Positions 28,775 to 39,300 of a stretch of DNA of 64,000 bases are shown piece by piece. Source of the stretch: an uncultured Bacteroides sp. GTDB taxonomy: Bacteria; Bacillota; Clostridia; Lachnospirales; Lachnospiraceae. Numbering within the stretch: the first letter of the stretch is position 1; each line of letters starts with the position of its first letter. A program made the position numbers and the translations under genes. The notes below the pieces were generated by a model, which worked only from the letters and a program-made list of their open reading frames with translations, ran no database searches and was not told the DNA's origin. The stretch covers positions 12,517 to 76,516 of the forward strand of contig CAZLZH010000002.1 of NCBI GenBank assembly GCA_964563955.1, given 5' to 3'.

Positions 28775-29188
28775 TTACTTATCTGCCTCACAATATACGC
28801 AGCGGTATATCCGATTTTCTTCATCGGTTAATTTAAATATATGCGCGATACCCTGTTCTGTGGATGTAATACAGCGAGGATTTTTACATTTTTTTATATT
28901 TACGAGTTTTTTCGGCAGCGCAAGCTTCTTTTTTTCGATTGTCTGCCCATCCTTGATGATGCTGACGGTAATTCCCGGGTCGATATAACCAAGCACATCC
29001 AGATTCAAGTCATACTCCTTGTCGATTTTTAAAATATCCTTTTTCCCCATCTTGCTGCTCTTTACGTTTTGCAATATCGCAACCGAGCAATCAAGCTTAT
29101 CAAGCTCAAGATCATGATATACCTGAAGCGCCTTACCTGCGGTAATATGATCAAGTACAATTCCGTTTTGAATACTATCTATTTTCAT
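28775..29188 (-). CDS. pyrI: Aspartate carbamoyltransferase regulatory chain
   Basis: IQNGIVLDHI, Zn ligands CKNPRC and CVYC. Start at MKIDS (29188, RBS GGAGG). Confidence 0.93.
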   Translation of the reverse strand: MKIDSIQNGIVLDHITAGKALQVYHDLELDKLDCSVAILQNVKSSKMGKKDILKIDKEYDLNLDVLGYIDPGITVSIIKDGQTIEKKKLALPKKLVNIKKCKNPRCITSTEQGIAHIFKLTDEENRIYRCVYCEADK

Positions 29189-29237
29189 CTTTATTCCTCC
29201 TTCTTGCAAATCAATTAGATAATTACTTAATTGCTCG

Positions 29238-29387
29238 GAGTTGTACATGATGATATTTTTTACGCAGACTCGCTCCCGCTCTGTGAATCACGCAGCGGAC
29301 ACTAAGTTCACGATGACGTTGTCATCGTTCACTAAGTGCCGGCGTGCTTCAACGGTCTGCTTTAAAATATATCATCTTGTACAACTC
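29238..29387. repeat. 150-bp nested inverted-repeat element (REP/REPIN- or MITE-like) between pyrB and pyrI
   Basis: Outer arms GAGTTGTACA(T/A)GATGATAT; inner pairs GCAGAC/GTCTGC, CACGC/GCGTG and CGATGAC/GTCATCG. Confidence 0.6.
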
Positions 29388-29477
29388 GTACAATACCTTA
29401 TAGTATTATTTATGTAAACTCATAACTTAATTAACCCTGTCGATGTTTTACTGTTTCTGCAGTCGTCGGTATCTGCC

Positions 29478-30440
29478 TTAGACGATTATTTTGGATAGTT
29501 TGTCTTCGGGCAGGTTTAGGGCAGCTCCGTTGGCACGAAGCAGAGTAAGCATCAGTGCCATACGCACATATTTTCCGTTTAGTGCCTGCCGGAAATAGCA
29601 TGCGCGCGGGTCATTATCCACTGCAACGGAGATTTCATTGACACGCGGAAGCGGGTGCAGGATTGACAAATCTTCTTTTGCATGCTTCAATTTTGCCTCG
29701 TCAAGTATGTATGTATCCTTCAACCGGACATAATCTGCCTCATTGAAGAACCGCTCCTTTTGCACACGCGTCATATACAAAACATCAAGCTCCGGCATCA
29801 CTTCCTCCATGGTGGAAACCTCTCTGTACGGAATGCCCTCTTTTTCAAATACTTCCGTGATGATATAATCCGGAACACGAAGCTCCTTCGGTGCAATCAA
29901 AATAAACTTAATATTTTCATAACGGGATAGTGCTTTGATTAACGAATGTACGGTACGTCCGAATTTCAAATCGCCGCAAAGTCCAATCGTAAAATCAGAG
30001 AGCTTCCCCTTCTCCCGCAGTATCGTAAGAAGGTCTGTCAACGTCTGTGTCGGATGATTGTGCCCGCCGTCTCCGGCATTGATAATCGGTACACTGCTCA
30101 CCATGGATGCGAGCTTTGGCGCGCCCTCCTTTGGATGCCGCATGGCAATAATATCTGCATAGCACCCAACCACGCGCGTCGTATCACCGACGCTCTCGCC
30201 CTTCGTAGCAGAAGAAGAATCAGCCGAAGAAAAACCAAGTACATTTCCCCCGAGTTCCATCATTGCCGCTTCAAAGCTAAGCCGGGTTCTTGTACTTGGT
30301 TCAAAAAATAAGGTTGCAAGTTTCTTTCCTTTACACGCCTCACAATAGGCATCTTTATCCTGAATAATGTCGAGCGACAAATCCAGAATATGTTGAATCT
30401 CCTCCACAGTCAAATCTGTTGGGTCAATCAAATGTTTCAT
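29478..30440 (-). CDS. pyrB: Aspartate carbamoyltransferase catalytic chain
   Basis: [32 protein letters not shown]. Confidence 0.97.
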   Translation of the reverse strand: MKHLIDPTDLTVEEIQHILDLSLDIIQDKDAYCEACKGKKLATLFFEPSTRTRLSFEAAMMELGGNVLGFSSADSSSATKGESVGDTTRVVGCYADIIAMRHPKEGAPKLASMVSSVPIINAGDGGHNHPTQTLTDLLTILREKGKLSDFTIGLCGDLKFGRTVHSLIKALSRYENIKFILIAPKELRVPDYIITEVFEKEGIPYREVSTMEEVMPELDVLYMTRVQKERFFNEADYVRLKDTYILDEAKLKHAKEDLSILHPLPRVNEISVAVDNDPRACYFRQALNGKYVRMALMLTLLRANGAALNLPEDKLSKIIV

Positions 30441-30505
30441 TCTGCTAACTCCTCCTTTTGGAACATCCGCTCATACAAAATTTGCCTTCGGCAAATGAGC
30501 GGACG

Positions 30506-31039
30506 CTACATGTCAGGTTTTTCATAAAAATCTGACACAATCTTTTCTTCCTGCTCCGATTTTGGATTTGCACATCGTATTTTGTGGTCACGAAACAAAT
30601 CTGCGATTGCAAACCGATCCGCACGGTCGCATACAAGTATGTATGTCCTCCGATTCGCACGAATTTTCAATACAATTACATTGCTGTCCTCCCCCCTGTT
30701 TTCCAGGAGGTAGGACTGCATAAATTCCCATTCAATAAAAGAGGTTCCGACTAACGCACCCTCCTCGGTAATTCCGCTCTGAATCCTGGTTGACAGCACG
30801 ATAAACATCACAAACATCAAAACTGCCGGCACAAAGCTGTAAATCTCAAGATATACAAGCACCACAAGTCCTGCCAGTCCAACGTTGGCATAGACAACCT
30901 CCGAAATATTTAATTTGTGATGCAGCCGGCTCTTTATTATGATTCCGGATTGTCTTTTTATGGCGGATATACAAACAATCACGCCTGTACCAAATCCAAG
31001 AAACAAGACAAATGCCAGCACCAAAAGCCATACATCCAT
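30506..31039 (-). CDS. Membrane protein with short soluble C-terminal domain (DUF5673-like)
   Basis: Three hydrophobic segments, then GITEEGALVGTSFIEW. Confidence 0.65.
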   Translation of the reverse strand: MDVWLLVLAFVLFLGFGTGVIVCISAIKRQSGIIIKSRLHHKLNISEVVYANVGLAGLVVLVYLEIYSFVPAVLMFVMFIVLSTRIQSGITEEGALVGTSFIEWEFMQSYLLENRGEDSNVIVLKIRANRRTYILVCDRADRFAIADLFRDHKIRCANPKSEQEEKIVSDFYEKPDM

Positions 31040-31042
31040 GTT

Positions 31043-31978
31043 TTAATTATCCTTAATCAATGTATACATAACTGCCTTCTCCGCATGGCGGCGGTTCTCT
31101 GCCTGATCGAGAATGTGCTCGAGGTTCTTCATCTCCACACTCTTGGAAATCTCAAATCCGATATGCATCGGCATATCATGAAATACAATTGCATGACTTC
31201 CCTCTAAGAAGTCATCATTGAGCTGATATGGCATCATCTTATCCATCAGTTCCTTCTTGCGGTCCTGATATGCAGGGTCATTGAAGAATTCCATATCCAA
31301 CCATGTATCAGTATAACATATATCCATCTCTTTGACATACTTCTTTACTTCTTCGATAGACATTTCCGGATCAAGCTCCACATAATAGCCTGTCTTCTTT
31401 GCTTCCTCGTAGAAATCCGGTCCGCATGCTGTATCATTCACAAGTGGAGTAAAGCCGTACAACGTTCCCTGTTTCATCTTGGAGAAAAACTCCACAAGCG
31501 AGTTAAACACATTATTTTTTGCTCCAATGTAGAGGAATTTTACATTGAGGCTGCCGAACTTTTCAATAATCGTCAGAGCATCCGCAAGAATCTGACACGG
31601 ATGATAGGAGTTGTCACAGCCGTTAATAAATGGAACCGTTACATTGTTTCCAAACAACTCTACCGTTTCATTCTTTACAAGACGCGCCATGATGATGTCC
31701 ACATTTCTGCACACATATTTAATCTCAGAAATCGGCTCTCCAAGCACAAAATTTGAATCACGCCAGAGCTGATTATAATAGGTTCCTCCAAGCTCGGTAA
31801 TACCAGTTGTAAAGGAAAGGAAGGTTCTTGTACTCGTCTTTTCAAACAATGTATACAGCTTTTTCCCTTCCAGTGCGTGGCTGTATTTCTCAGGATCTTT
31901 CTTCATGTCCAAAGCAAGATCCAAAATTTTCTGAAGCTCCTCTGCCGAGAAGTTTTTAAAGTTCAGCATGTTTTTCAT
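31043..31978 (-). CDS. Ornithine carbamoyltransferase-like transcarbamylase (atypical substrate-side motifs)
   Basis: FEKTSTRT, HPCQILAD and QAENRRH present; DTWLDME and HDMP stand in place of DxxxSMG and HCLP. Confidence 0.8.
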   Translation of the reverse strand: MKNMLNFKNFSAEELQKILDLALDMKKDPEKYSHALEGKKLYTLFEKTSTRTFLSFTTGITELGGTYYNQLWRDSNFVLGEPISEIKYVCRNVDIIMARLVKNETVELFGNNVTVPFINGCDNSYHPCQILADALTIIEKFGSLNVKFLYIGAKNNVFNSLVEFFSKMKQGTLYGFTPLVNDTACGPDFYEEAKKTGYYVELDPEMSIEEVKKYVKEMDICYTDTWLDMEFFNDPAYQDRKKELMDKMMPYQLNDDFLEGSHAIVFHDMPMHIGFEISKSVEMKNLEHILDQAENRRHAEKAVMYTLIKDN

Positions 31979-31997
31979 ATTCTCTAACCCCCAATTT

Positions 31998-33185
31998 TTA
32001 TAAATATGCCTTCAAGGCGTCTGCCTTGTCGGTTTTCTCCCACGGAAGGTCAACATCCGTTCTTCCGAAATGTCCGTAAGCTGCTGTCTTCTTATAAATC
32101 GGGCGTCTCAAATCCAGCATCTTGATGATTCCTGCCGGACGCAGGTCAAAGTTTTCACGAATAATCTCTACAAGCTTTTCATTGCTTACCTTTCCGGTTC
32201 CGAATGTATCCACATTGATGGATGTCGGCTTTGCAACACCAATCGCATAGGAAAGCTGAATCTGACATTTTTCTGCAAGTCCTGCCGCTACAATATTCTT
32301 CGCTACATAACGGGCAGCATATGCTGCGGAACGGTCAACCTTTGTGCAGTCCTTTCCGGAAAATGCACCGCCGCCGTGACACGCATATCCACCATACGTA
32401 TCAACGATAATCTTTCGTCCGGTCAGTCCGGAATCCCCGTTTGGTCCGCCGATTACAAACCGTCCGGTCGGATTGATAAAGAATTTCGTGTTGTCATCCA
32501 CCATATCCTTCGGCAAAACAGCATCAAATACATACTTTTTAATGTCTGCATGAATCTGCTCCTGTGTTACCTTCTCACTGTGCTGCGTTGAAAGTACAAC
32601 CGCCTCTAATCTATATGGTTTCCCATTCTCATCATACTCCACGGATACCTGTGTCTTTCCATCCGGTCTCAGATACGGAAGTGTCCCATTCTTGCGAACC
32701 TCCGAGAGCTTGAGTGCAAGCTTATGTGCAAGTGAAATCGGATATGGCATAAGCTCCGGCGTCTCAGTTGTGGCATAGCCGAACATCATACCCTGATCGC
32801 CGGCACCGATTGCGTCAATTTCTGCATCTGACATCAAATGCTCTTTTGCCTCGAGCGCCTTGTCCACGCCCATAGCAATATCTGCAGACTGCTTGTCAAG
32901 TGCTGTGATGACACCACAGGTGTCACAATCAAATCCATACTTTGCACGGTCATATCCGATCTCCCGGATTGTCTCCCGTACAATGCTTTGAATATCAATC
33001 TGCGCCTTCGTTGTGATTTCTCCCATGACGAGAACAAGTCCGGTCGTAATAGCTGTCTCACATGCGACACGGCTCATCGGGTCCTGCTCTAAAAGCGCAT
33101 CTAAAATGGCATCACTAATCTGGTCACATATTTTATCCGGATGCCCTTCTGTTACAGACTCTGAAGTGAAAAGTAATTTCTCCAT
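31998..33185 (-). CDS. metK: S-adenosylmethionine synthetase
   Basis: [28 protein letters not shown]. Confidence 0.98.
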   Translation of the reverse strand: MEKLLFTSESVTEGHPDKICDQISDAILDALLEQDPMSRVACETAITTGLVLVMGEITTKAQIDIQSIVRETIREIGYDRAKYGFDCDTCGVITALDKQSADIAMGVDKALEAKEHLMSDAEIDAIGAGDQGMMFGYATTETPELMPYPISLAHKLALKLSEVRKNGTLPYLRPDGKTQVSVEYDENGKPYRLEAVVLSTQHSEKVTQEQIHADIKKYVFDAVLPKDMVDDNTKFFINPTGRFVIGGPNGDSGLTGRKIIVDTYGGYACHGGGAFSGKDCTKVDRSAAYAARYVAKNIVAAGLAEKCQIQLSYAIGVAKPTSINVDTFGTGKVSNEKLVEIIRENFDLRPAGIIKMLDLRRPIYKKTAAYGHFGRTDVDLPWEKTDKADALKAYL

Positions 33186-33211
33186 AATTTTTTCTCCTTA
33201 GCTTAAATAAT

Positions 33212-33240
33212 AAAAAATCCGGTTGCAAGCAACCGGATTT
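33212..33240 (-). terminator. Intrinsic terminator in the metK leader (riboswitch expression platform)
   Basis: AAATCCGGTTGC-TT-GCAACCGGATTT followed by a T-run on the minus strand, between aptamer and start codon. Confidence 0.85.
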
Positions 33241-33259
33241 GAATGTTTAAATCAAATCT

Positions 33260-33369
33260 TCTTATTGCTCGACAACTTCTTATAAAGTATCGCTCAGGCC
33301 GGCACCTTCCGCTTCCGCGGGGTTGCCGTGGCTTCCTCGTCCCTTATGACTCCACCACTCTGAATAAGA
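33260..33369 (-). ncRNA. SAM-I (S-box) riboswitch aptamer
   Basis: Minus strand UCUUAUU-CAGAG-UGGUGGA-GUC(AUAAGG)GAC-GAGGAAGCCAC-GGCAACC...GGUGCC...AAUAAGA. P1, kink-turn P2, GCAACC and GGUGC cores are visible, upstream of metK. Confidence 0.85.
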
Positions 33370-33406
33370 TAGATATGTTTATATATATATCATATATCTT
33401 TTATTG

Positions 33407-33922
33407 TCAATCCCTAATTTTAATTCTTTTACAAACAAATATTACCAAAAACAAAATTGCAGTTCCAACAGCGGCACCTGCACCATCAAGCGCAACATCA
33501 GATAATTGTCCGCTCCTGCCAGGTACAAACAACTGATGAAGTTCATCCGTTGCAGCATATGCTGTTGCAATTGCCCACGGAATCAACACATTCCACCTGT
33601 TTTTCCGATTTTTATCGTACCATGCCCCAACGAGCAGCATCGCAAACGCAGCGTACTCAGCGGCATGTGCCGTCTTACGAATCGGATGGTCCACCTTCTC
33701 TGCAAACGCAAGCTGTTTGCTCTCCGGCCACGATGCAAAATCGTGATGCACGATTTTTCCAAACATCATACCAACCTCATAGCTGTCCCCGGTAGACTCC
33801 TCGCCATTCCTTGCAGAAAACGCAAATATCATACACGCAAATGCAGCTGCCAAAATCCAAAAAACAAGCTTTCGCTTAGATATGTCTGCGGATGGCATCT
33901 GCAAGTGCTTTTTGCTCTTCAT
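33407..33922 (-). CDS. VanZ-like membrane protein
   Basis: IRKTAHAAEYA and YAATDELHQLFVPGRSGQLSDVALD. Start uncertain; it overlaps the HIT gene end. Confidence 0.85.
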   Translation of the reverse strand: MKSKKHLQMPSADISKRKLVFWILAAAFACMIFAFSARNGEESTGDSYEVGMMFGKIVHHDFASWPESKQLAFAEKVDHPIRKTAHAAEYAAFAMLLVGAWYDKNRKNRWNVLIPWAIATAYAATDELHQLFVPGRSGQLSDVALDGAGAAVGTAILFLVIFVCKRIKIRD

Positions 33923-34292
33923 CCTTTGTCTCCCCCTGCTTCCAGGCAACCGTCACGCCGTCACCCGCAAAGCGAGGAATGAGATGCATATGGAAATGAT
34001 GTACCGTCTGTCCGGCAATCTCCCCATTGTTCTGCACGATATTCATGCCCTCACATCCGGTTTCCTTCTGAATTGCCTTTGCAACGACCGTTGCAAGAGA
34101 AAATACCTTTGCAGCCGTATCTGCATCCAACTCATAAATATTCTCATAATGCTCCTTTGTAATAATAAGGGCATGTCCTTTATTTGCCGGTGAGACATCC
34201 AAAATCACCCGGCATTCCGGCGACTCATAAATCGTTGCAGACGGAATCTCGCCGCGCGCAATTTTGCAAAATATACAATCGTCCTTGACCAT
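33876..34292 (-). CDS. HIT family nucleotide hydrolase
   Basis: DCIFCKI and the histidine triad HHFHMHLIP. Confidence 0.93.
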   Translation of the reverse strand: MVKDDCIFCKIARGEIPSATIYESPECRVILDVSPANKGHALIITKEHYENIYELDADTAAKVFSLATVVAKAIQKETGCEGMNIVQNNGEIAGQTVHHFHMHLIPRFAGDGVTVAWKQGETKDEEQKALADAIRRHI

Positions 34293-34336
34293 GTTGCTTA
34301 ACCTCCTGCTATGCGTTTCCCAAACGCCTATTGAAA

Positions 34337-34816
34337 TTATATTTGATATCCGCGGCTTTCGTAATTAACTCCCTGTATACTTTCCTGCAAGGTACCCTTC
34401 CCGTATGTAAGTCCGGCGTACACCTGATGCGTATTCTGCATAACAGGACCTTCCTTATCAAGTGTATGCAGATGTTCAAATCCTACTCGCAGATTATCTA
34501 TCATTCCGGCACATCTGTCAAGCTCGTCCGGTTCCTTTCGCACCACGGAACGTGCAAGCTTACCATATAAAAACCGCAGGATTGTGATGACCTGTCGGCC
34601 TAATTTATCCTCTGAAGAAAAGCATGTAATCAGTTCATGCATGCACTGCTTTGCCATCTCTGCATTTTTAAGGTAAACCGACTGTTCACCCTGCTCATAT
34701 GCATGTAGGGCGTCCTCCAAATACACCTGCTCCATATCACATAACACCAAAATCAATCCACTGTGATTCTCCTGCGTGATGCGCCTTGTAAATTCCTGAA
34801 TCTGCTCCTTCGTCAT
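34337..34816 (-). CDS. Divergent second FliS-like protein
   Basis: FliS-like helical pattern (ITQENHSGLILVLCDM...MHELITC...LYGKL) plus C-terminal VYAGLTYGK extension; directly after flagellin 2. Confidence 0.65.
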   Translation of the reverse strand: MTKEQIQEFTRRITQENHSGLILVLCDMEQVYLEDALHAYEQGEQSVYLKNAEMAKQCMHELITCFSSEDKLGRQVITILRFLYGKLARSVVRKEPDELDRCAGMIDNLRVGFEHLHTLDKEGPVMQNTHQVYAGLTYGKGTLQESIQGVNYESRGYQI

Positions 34817-34878
34817 CCGAGCATCCTCCTATACTACCTTATTAGCATTTATCTTGAACATCCGATTCTCAATACTAT

Positions 34879-36303
34879 TTACTGCAAGAGCTGGAGCAAA
34901 GACTCCGGACGCTCATTTGCTTTCTGCATCATGGAAATCGCTGCCTGTGACAGTACATCCATCTGTGTATAGTTCGTCATTTCCTCTGCCATATCCGTAT
35001 CCATCGTACGTGAATATGCCTCTGTAATACTCTCACTTTGTACCTGCAAAGTGGAATGCACATCCTCCAAACGGTTCTCATACGCACCAAGCGTAGAGCG
35101 CACGCTGGAAACGCTCTTGATGGCATCATCAATCTTTGCAATCGCATCGCTCGCATAAGCGTGTGTGTACATAATCAAATCATCAATACCAAGAGATTTT
35201 GCGGAAAGCTCCGGAATGTCAAGTGCAAGCTGTTCGCCTTCATTCGCACCAATCTGAATCACCATAGGTCCGGCGGAAAGAACCTCGATTTCTGCCGTCA
35301 CCGCGCCTCCCTCAGCTGTTCCCGGATCCACCTCTATTGTCATGGCAAATCCATTTCGATCGACAACTTCTATTTCTGTGCCAAGTGTTGTGAGGGTTGC
35401 TGTCGTTGAAAAACCATCCTCTGTCACATTGAGCGTTGCCTGACAATCCTTTCCCTGCGCATTGGAACCATCTGCAATGCCAAGAGCTGCTGCAAGCTCA
35501 GGATTCCCAATTGACACTTCAATCTTTTGATCGGAGCCGTATGCATTTGTGCGGAACAAAACCGGTGAACCGGAAGCAAAACTCGTTTCTGTCGTACCAT
35601 CTGCTGATGCAAATACATCGACATTAATCTTTGCAAGACTGCTTTGCAACTTGCCGTATACTTCCTCCATCGTCATACCTTCTGCAATCTCAACAGCAAA
35701 ATCATTTACAACGATCGAGCCTGCCTGCTCCTTTGTGATCGTTGCACCTGAATAAGCGAACCCAGTCGTAAGAGTTGCCTGTTCAGCATCCGCAGTTACA
35801 TTCACTGAATAAACGCCCACGTTTACCTCGGATGAAATGTAGGATGCCCGCACGCCGTTCACGCTGGACAGGGAGCGTCTTGTCATATCTCCATTTAACA
35901 AAATCTGACCGTTAAATGCCGTTGTATCCGAAATCTGCGAAAGCTCCTCGGAAAGAGAGTCTATTTCCTCCTGAATCGCATCCCGATCCTCCTCATAGTT
36001 CACATCATTTGCCGCCTGTACTGCAAGCTCACGCATACGTCTTAGGATATTGTGCATTTCCTCCATACCGCCCTCCGCGGACTGAATCACGGAAATACCA
36101 TCATTGGAATTGAGTGCCGCACGATCAAGCCCTCGTATCTGTGCCCGCATCTTTTTAGATATCGCAAGTCCTGCTGCATCATCCGCCGGACTGGTAATCT
36201 TATATCCGGAAGATAACCGGGACATCGACTTTCCAACGCTGTCATTTATTTTCGAAAAATGTGTCGTTGCATTCATTGCCAAAGCATTATAATTGATTCT
36301 CAT
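34879..36303 (-). CDS. fliC: Flagellin 2 (474 aa, divergent, with central insert)
   Basis: RLSSGYKITSPADDAAGLAIS, QIGANEG, RSTLGAYENRLE, DTDMAEEM. Confidence 0.93.
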   Translation of the reverse strand: MRINYNALAMNATTHFSKINDSVGKSMSRLSSGYKITSPADDAAGLAISKKMRAQIRGLDRAALNSNDGISVIQSAEGGMEEMHNILRRMRELAVQAANDVNYEEDRDAIQEEIDSLSEELSQISDTTAFNGQILLNGDMTRRSLSSVNGVRASYISSEVNVGVYSVNVTADAEQATLTTGFAYSGATITKEQAGSIVVNDFAVEIAEGMTMEEVYGKLQSSLAKINVDVFASADGTTETSFASGSPVLFRTNAYGSDQKIEVSIGNPELAAALGIADGSNAQGKDCQATLNVTEDGFSTTATLTTLGTEIEVVDRNGFAMTIEVDPGTAEGGAVTAEIEVLSAGPMVIQIGANEGEQLALDIPELSAKSLGIDDLIMYTHAYASDAIAKIDDAIKSVSSVRSTLGAYENRLEDVHSTLQVQSESITEAYSRTMDTDMAEEMTNYTQMDVLSQAAISMMQKANERPESLLQLLQ

Positions 36304-36343
36304 GAAATCGCCTCCTATGTTTCATTTCACGTTTTAAACTATT

Positions 36344-39300
36344 TTATATATCGGACAAAGCCGCCAAAGCCTTAACAAAGAAGACGGCTGTCTCCATCAA
36401 TTTCCTATTGCTTGCCCCATCCTTTTGCTCCGTCTGAAGCTGCCTTTGTTCCTGCGAAAGCTGCCTTTGTCCAAATGAAATCCTTGCCTCCGGATATCCG
36501 TTTTTCGCAAGGTCATCCAGATAATCCGCCGTATGTGCAAGAAGTGCAGCGTTTCCATCACTTGTTCCGGCAAGCACCTCTCCATATACTACACCGTCTG
36601 CATCAAGTGAAATGTCCGCAGATAACGATTCGTATTTCTCGTGATTCATACGAATCTGTATCGTTCCAGCCTGTTCCATATCGTGTATAAGTGTCAGATT
36701 CACAATCTTCGTTCCGTCTGTTGTCTCAACCGGAAGCTGATACTGATTTTTCTCTGCCATTTTCCCGAGTATATGGAAGCCTGCCTGTATCACCTTCGCA
36801 GACTGTACATCACCGGAGTTGACTGCTGCATAAGAAGCATTTTGATACAAAAGCTCTGTCAACTGCTCACGCATGTCCGCATAGGTCAAAGACAAATCCC
36901 CCTGCTGTTCCAGAATCTGAAGCAGATTGTCTGCTGAAAACGAGACCGGTATGTCCTCTCCGGTCATTGATTCTGCCATAGCACCGGTTTCCTGATCAAT
37001 CAGTTCTTCCTCTGTCTCATCGCGGAACTTTAATTTCTTCAAAATATCCGACACAAGATCATAAAATCCATCCTGTGTCTGCGTATGCTCCGGCATATCC
37101 TGAAGGAGCAAAACGGCAGCCTTCATATTGACAGCGCTCTCTTCCATCTCCAATGTCTGAAGAAGCTGTTCCGCTTCCTCAAACTCCGGTTCCGAAGCAA
37201 GTGCCTCCCAGCTATTTGAAAATGCACGTTCAATCTGCGCATCTATTTTCTTTCCTGCACTTTCTATATTCGTCAGCATACCAAAGGAATCATCCACAGC
37301 CACATCCAATCCTGCCGCCTTACGGCTGCGCATGGCAGTCAGAAGATTCCGCACGGTCAGCCTGCTGCCATTTGCAAACAAATAGCCCGCCTCACGGTCA
37401 CCGGATTTTGCAAGCTTGTTAAGCATACGGTAGATACCGATGTAGCTTTCCCGTTCCTCTGCACTCAAATCCCCTTGTTTTTCCATATCGCGCAAATACG
37501 TTGCGAAATTTTCCGCCTCTGTCACGCCTGCGTGATACTGCTTTTGACGAAGCGTCGCATTTAACTCTTCGATTGGCATATCAAGTGGATTGATGCCATC
37601 CCGAATCATGCCAAGCACCGCCTCCGGATAGCAGGCATCCATCAAATCATTGACCTGTCTGTCATACTCCATCACCTGCTGCACCGAATCCTCCGTAATT
37701 GCAATCGAATTATATCCGAGAATACGAACGGCACGCACATGCTCCTCGGTCACAGGAAGGTCCATCTCCTGTAAAAGCTCTTCGATATTACCGAACGCCT
37801 TGCGTATGCTGTCTCCCATATCTGCACGCGGTGCTGTACCAACTGTCTCATAGCTTCTTTCCGCCTGTGCAAATTCCCTTTGAATCCGCATACCCGAAAG
37901 TGCTTCTGCAGACTCTCCGGTTTCTACACGCCCTACTACCTCTGCAACATTACGTGTTGTAAATGATACATCCGTTTTCAACAGACGGCCGAGTCTTTCT
38001 GCCGGAGCTTCCCCGATAGTCCGGAGACTCTGCTGCATCTCCCTATAGATGTTCACATTCTCATCGGTAAATGCCACATTTTTTCTTGCAAATAGTTCTC
38101 TTGTCAACTGGCGTTCCACAGTGCGAAGCTCTGCCACAACCTGTGAGAGCTCGCGTGTATCTATATTGATATCTGCCTTTAACATACGGCCTGCTGCCTG
38201 CTCTGTCATAGAGAGCCGGATTTCCTCCATCTGCCGCATCGCCGTAATCGCCCGAAGTTCCTGTTCCGTCGCCGGATGTGCCGCAATATCAAAAGCCTCT
38301 GATTCTTCCTTCCAATCGCCAGTCGCTATCCGTTTCATTTGGTATGCATAGGCGGACGCAATCGAAATCGGCTGGTTTTCCTGCACCATCCCTGCTATCG
38401 TTTCGGCATCAATGCTCCAAACCATCTGACACAATTCCCGCGCCTGTTGAAACAAAGTCTCCTGTTCCGATTGTACCTGTACATCCGCAGGCGCAATCTC
38501 GGAAATATCCCTTCCTTCATACTCGCGTAATTGCATATATTGACGCATCGTATCGGTCGTAACCGGTATATCCTCTAAAAGCATCTGTTTTGCACCATTC
38601 ATGCTGACATCATCCACAGGTATGCCGGCCTGCAAAATTACCTTCTTTAATTGCTCTTCCATGCCATCCGGAAGCGTCTGCTCTGACGGTTCCACCACAT
38701 GCTGTCCACTGAAATGCGCTTTATAAAGATTTTCACGATTTAACGGAAGCTGATTTTTCAGCAGATACATAATATCTCTGTTCTCCACAGAGACCTCGGA
38801 TGTTTCATCCATGACCACATCCATCACGTCTACATTGTTAATCTCTACCTCGCCGCCGGCTGTCTGGACGCCGGAGCCGGTAATCATAAGATTGTCATAA
38901 TCTCCGCTTTGCACCTTTGCCTGTGCAAGCGTCTGTTCAAAGGCCTCCTTATGTGCTTCCCTTCGCATATGATTGACGATATCCATCAAATCCGACAAGG
39001 ATGCGCTGTCCACATCTATACCCATCATGCGAAGCTGCTCGATTTCTTCGCTCGTAATGTTTTTCGCAATTTCCTTTGCTTCCTCGTTCGCCTCATGCTC
39101 ATCCTGTGCCGCATTTTTTTGCTCTGCCTTTGCCTTCTCCTGCATGTCTCTACGGTATTCCTCAAAATTATTCATGACGGTTTCCGTATTTTTTGACGCT
39201 GAAATGTCCTGCTTATACTGCACCTGTTCCACTGCATCAAACGCATCCACATCTCCGATGGATGCCGCATGGTTTCCCTGCTTACGCATATCCTCGTATA

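Noticed and set aside
27900-28988. 362-aa plus-strand ORF
   Set aside because: Antisense shadow of murA/pyrI with no recognisable motif or RBS.
30441-30505. PyrR attenuator upstream of pyrB
   Set aside because: The PyrR-binding consensus (ARUCCNGNGAGGYU) and a terminator U-tract are absent.
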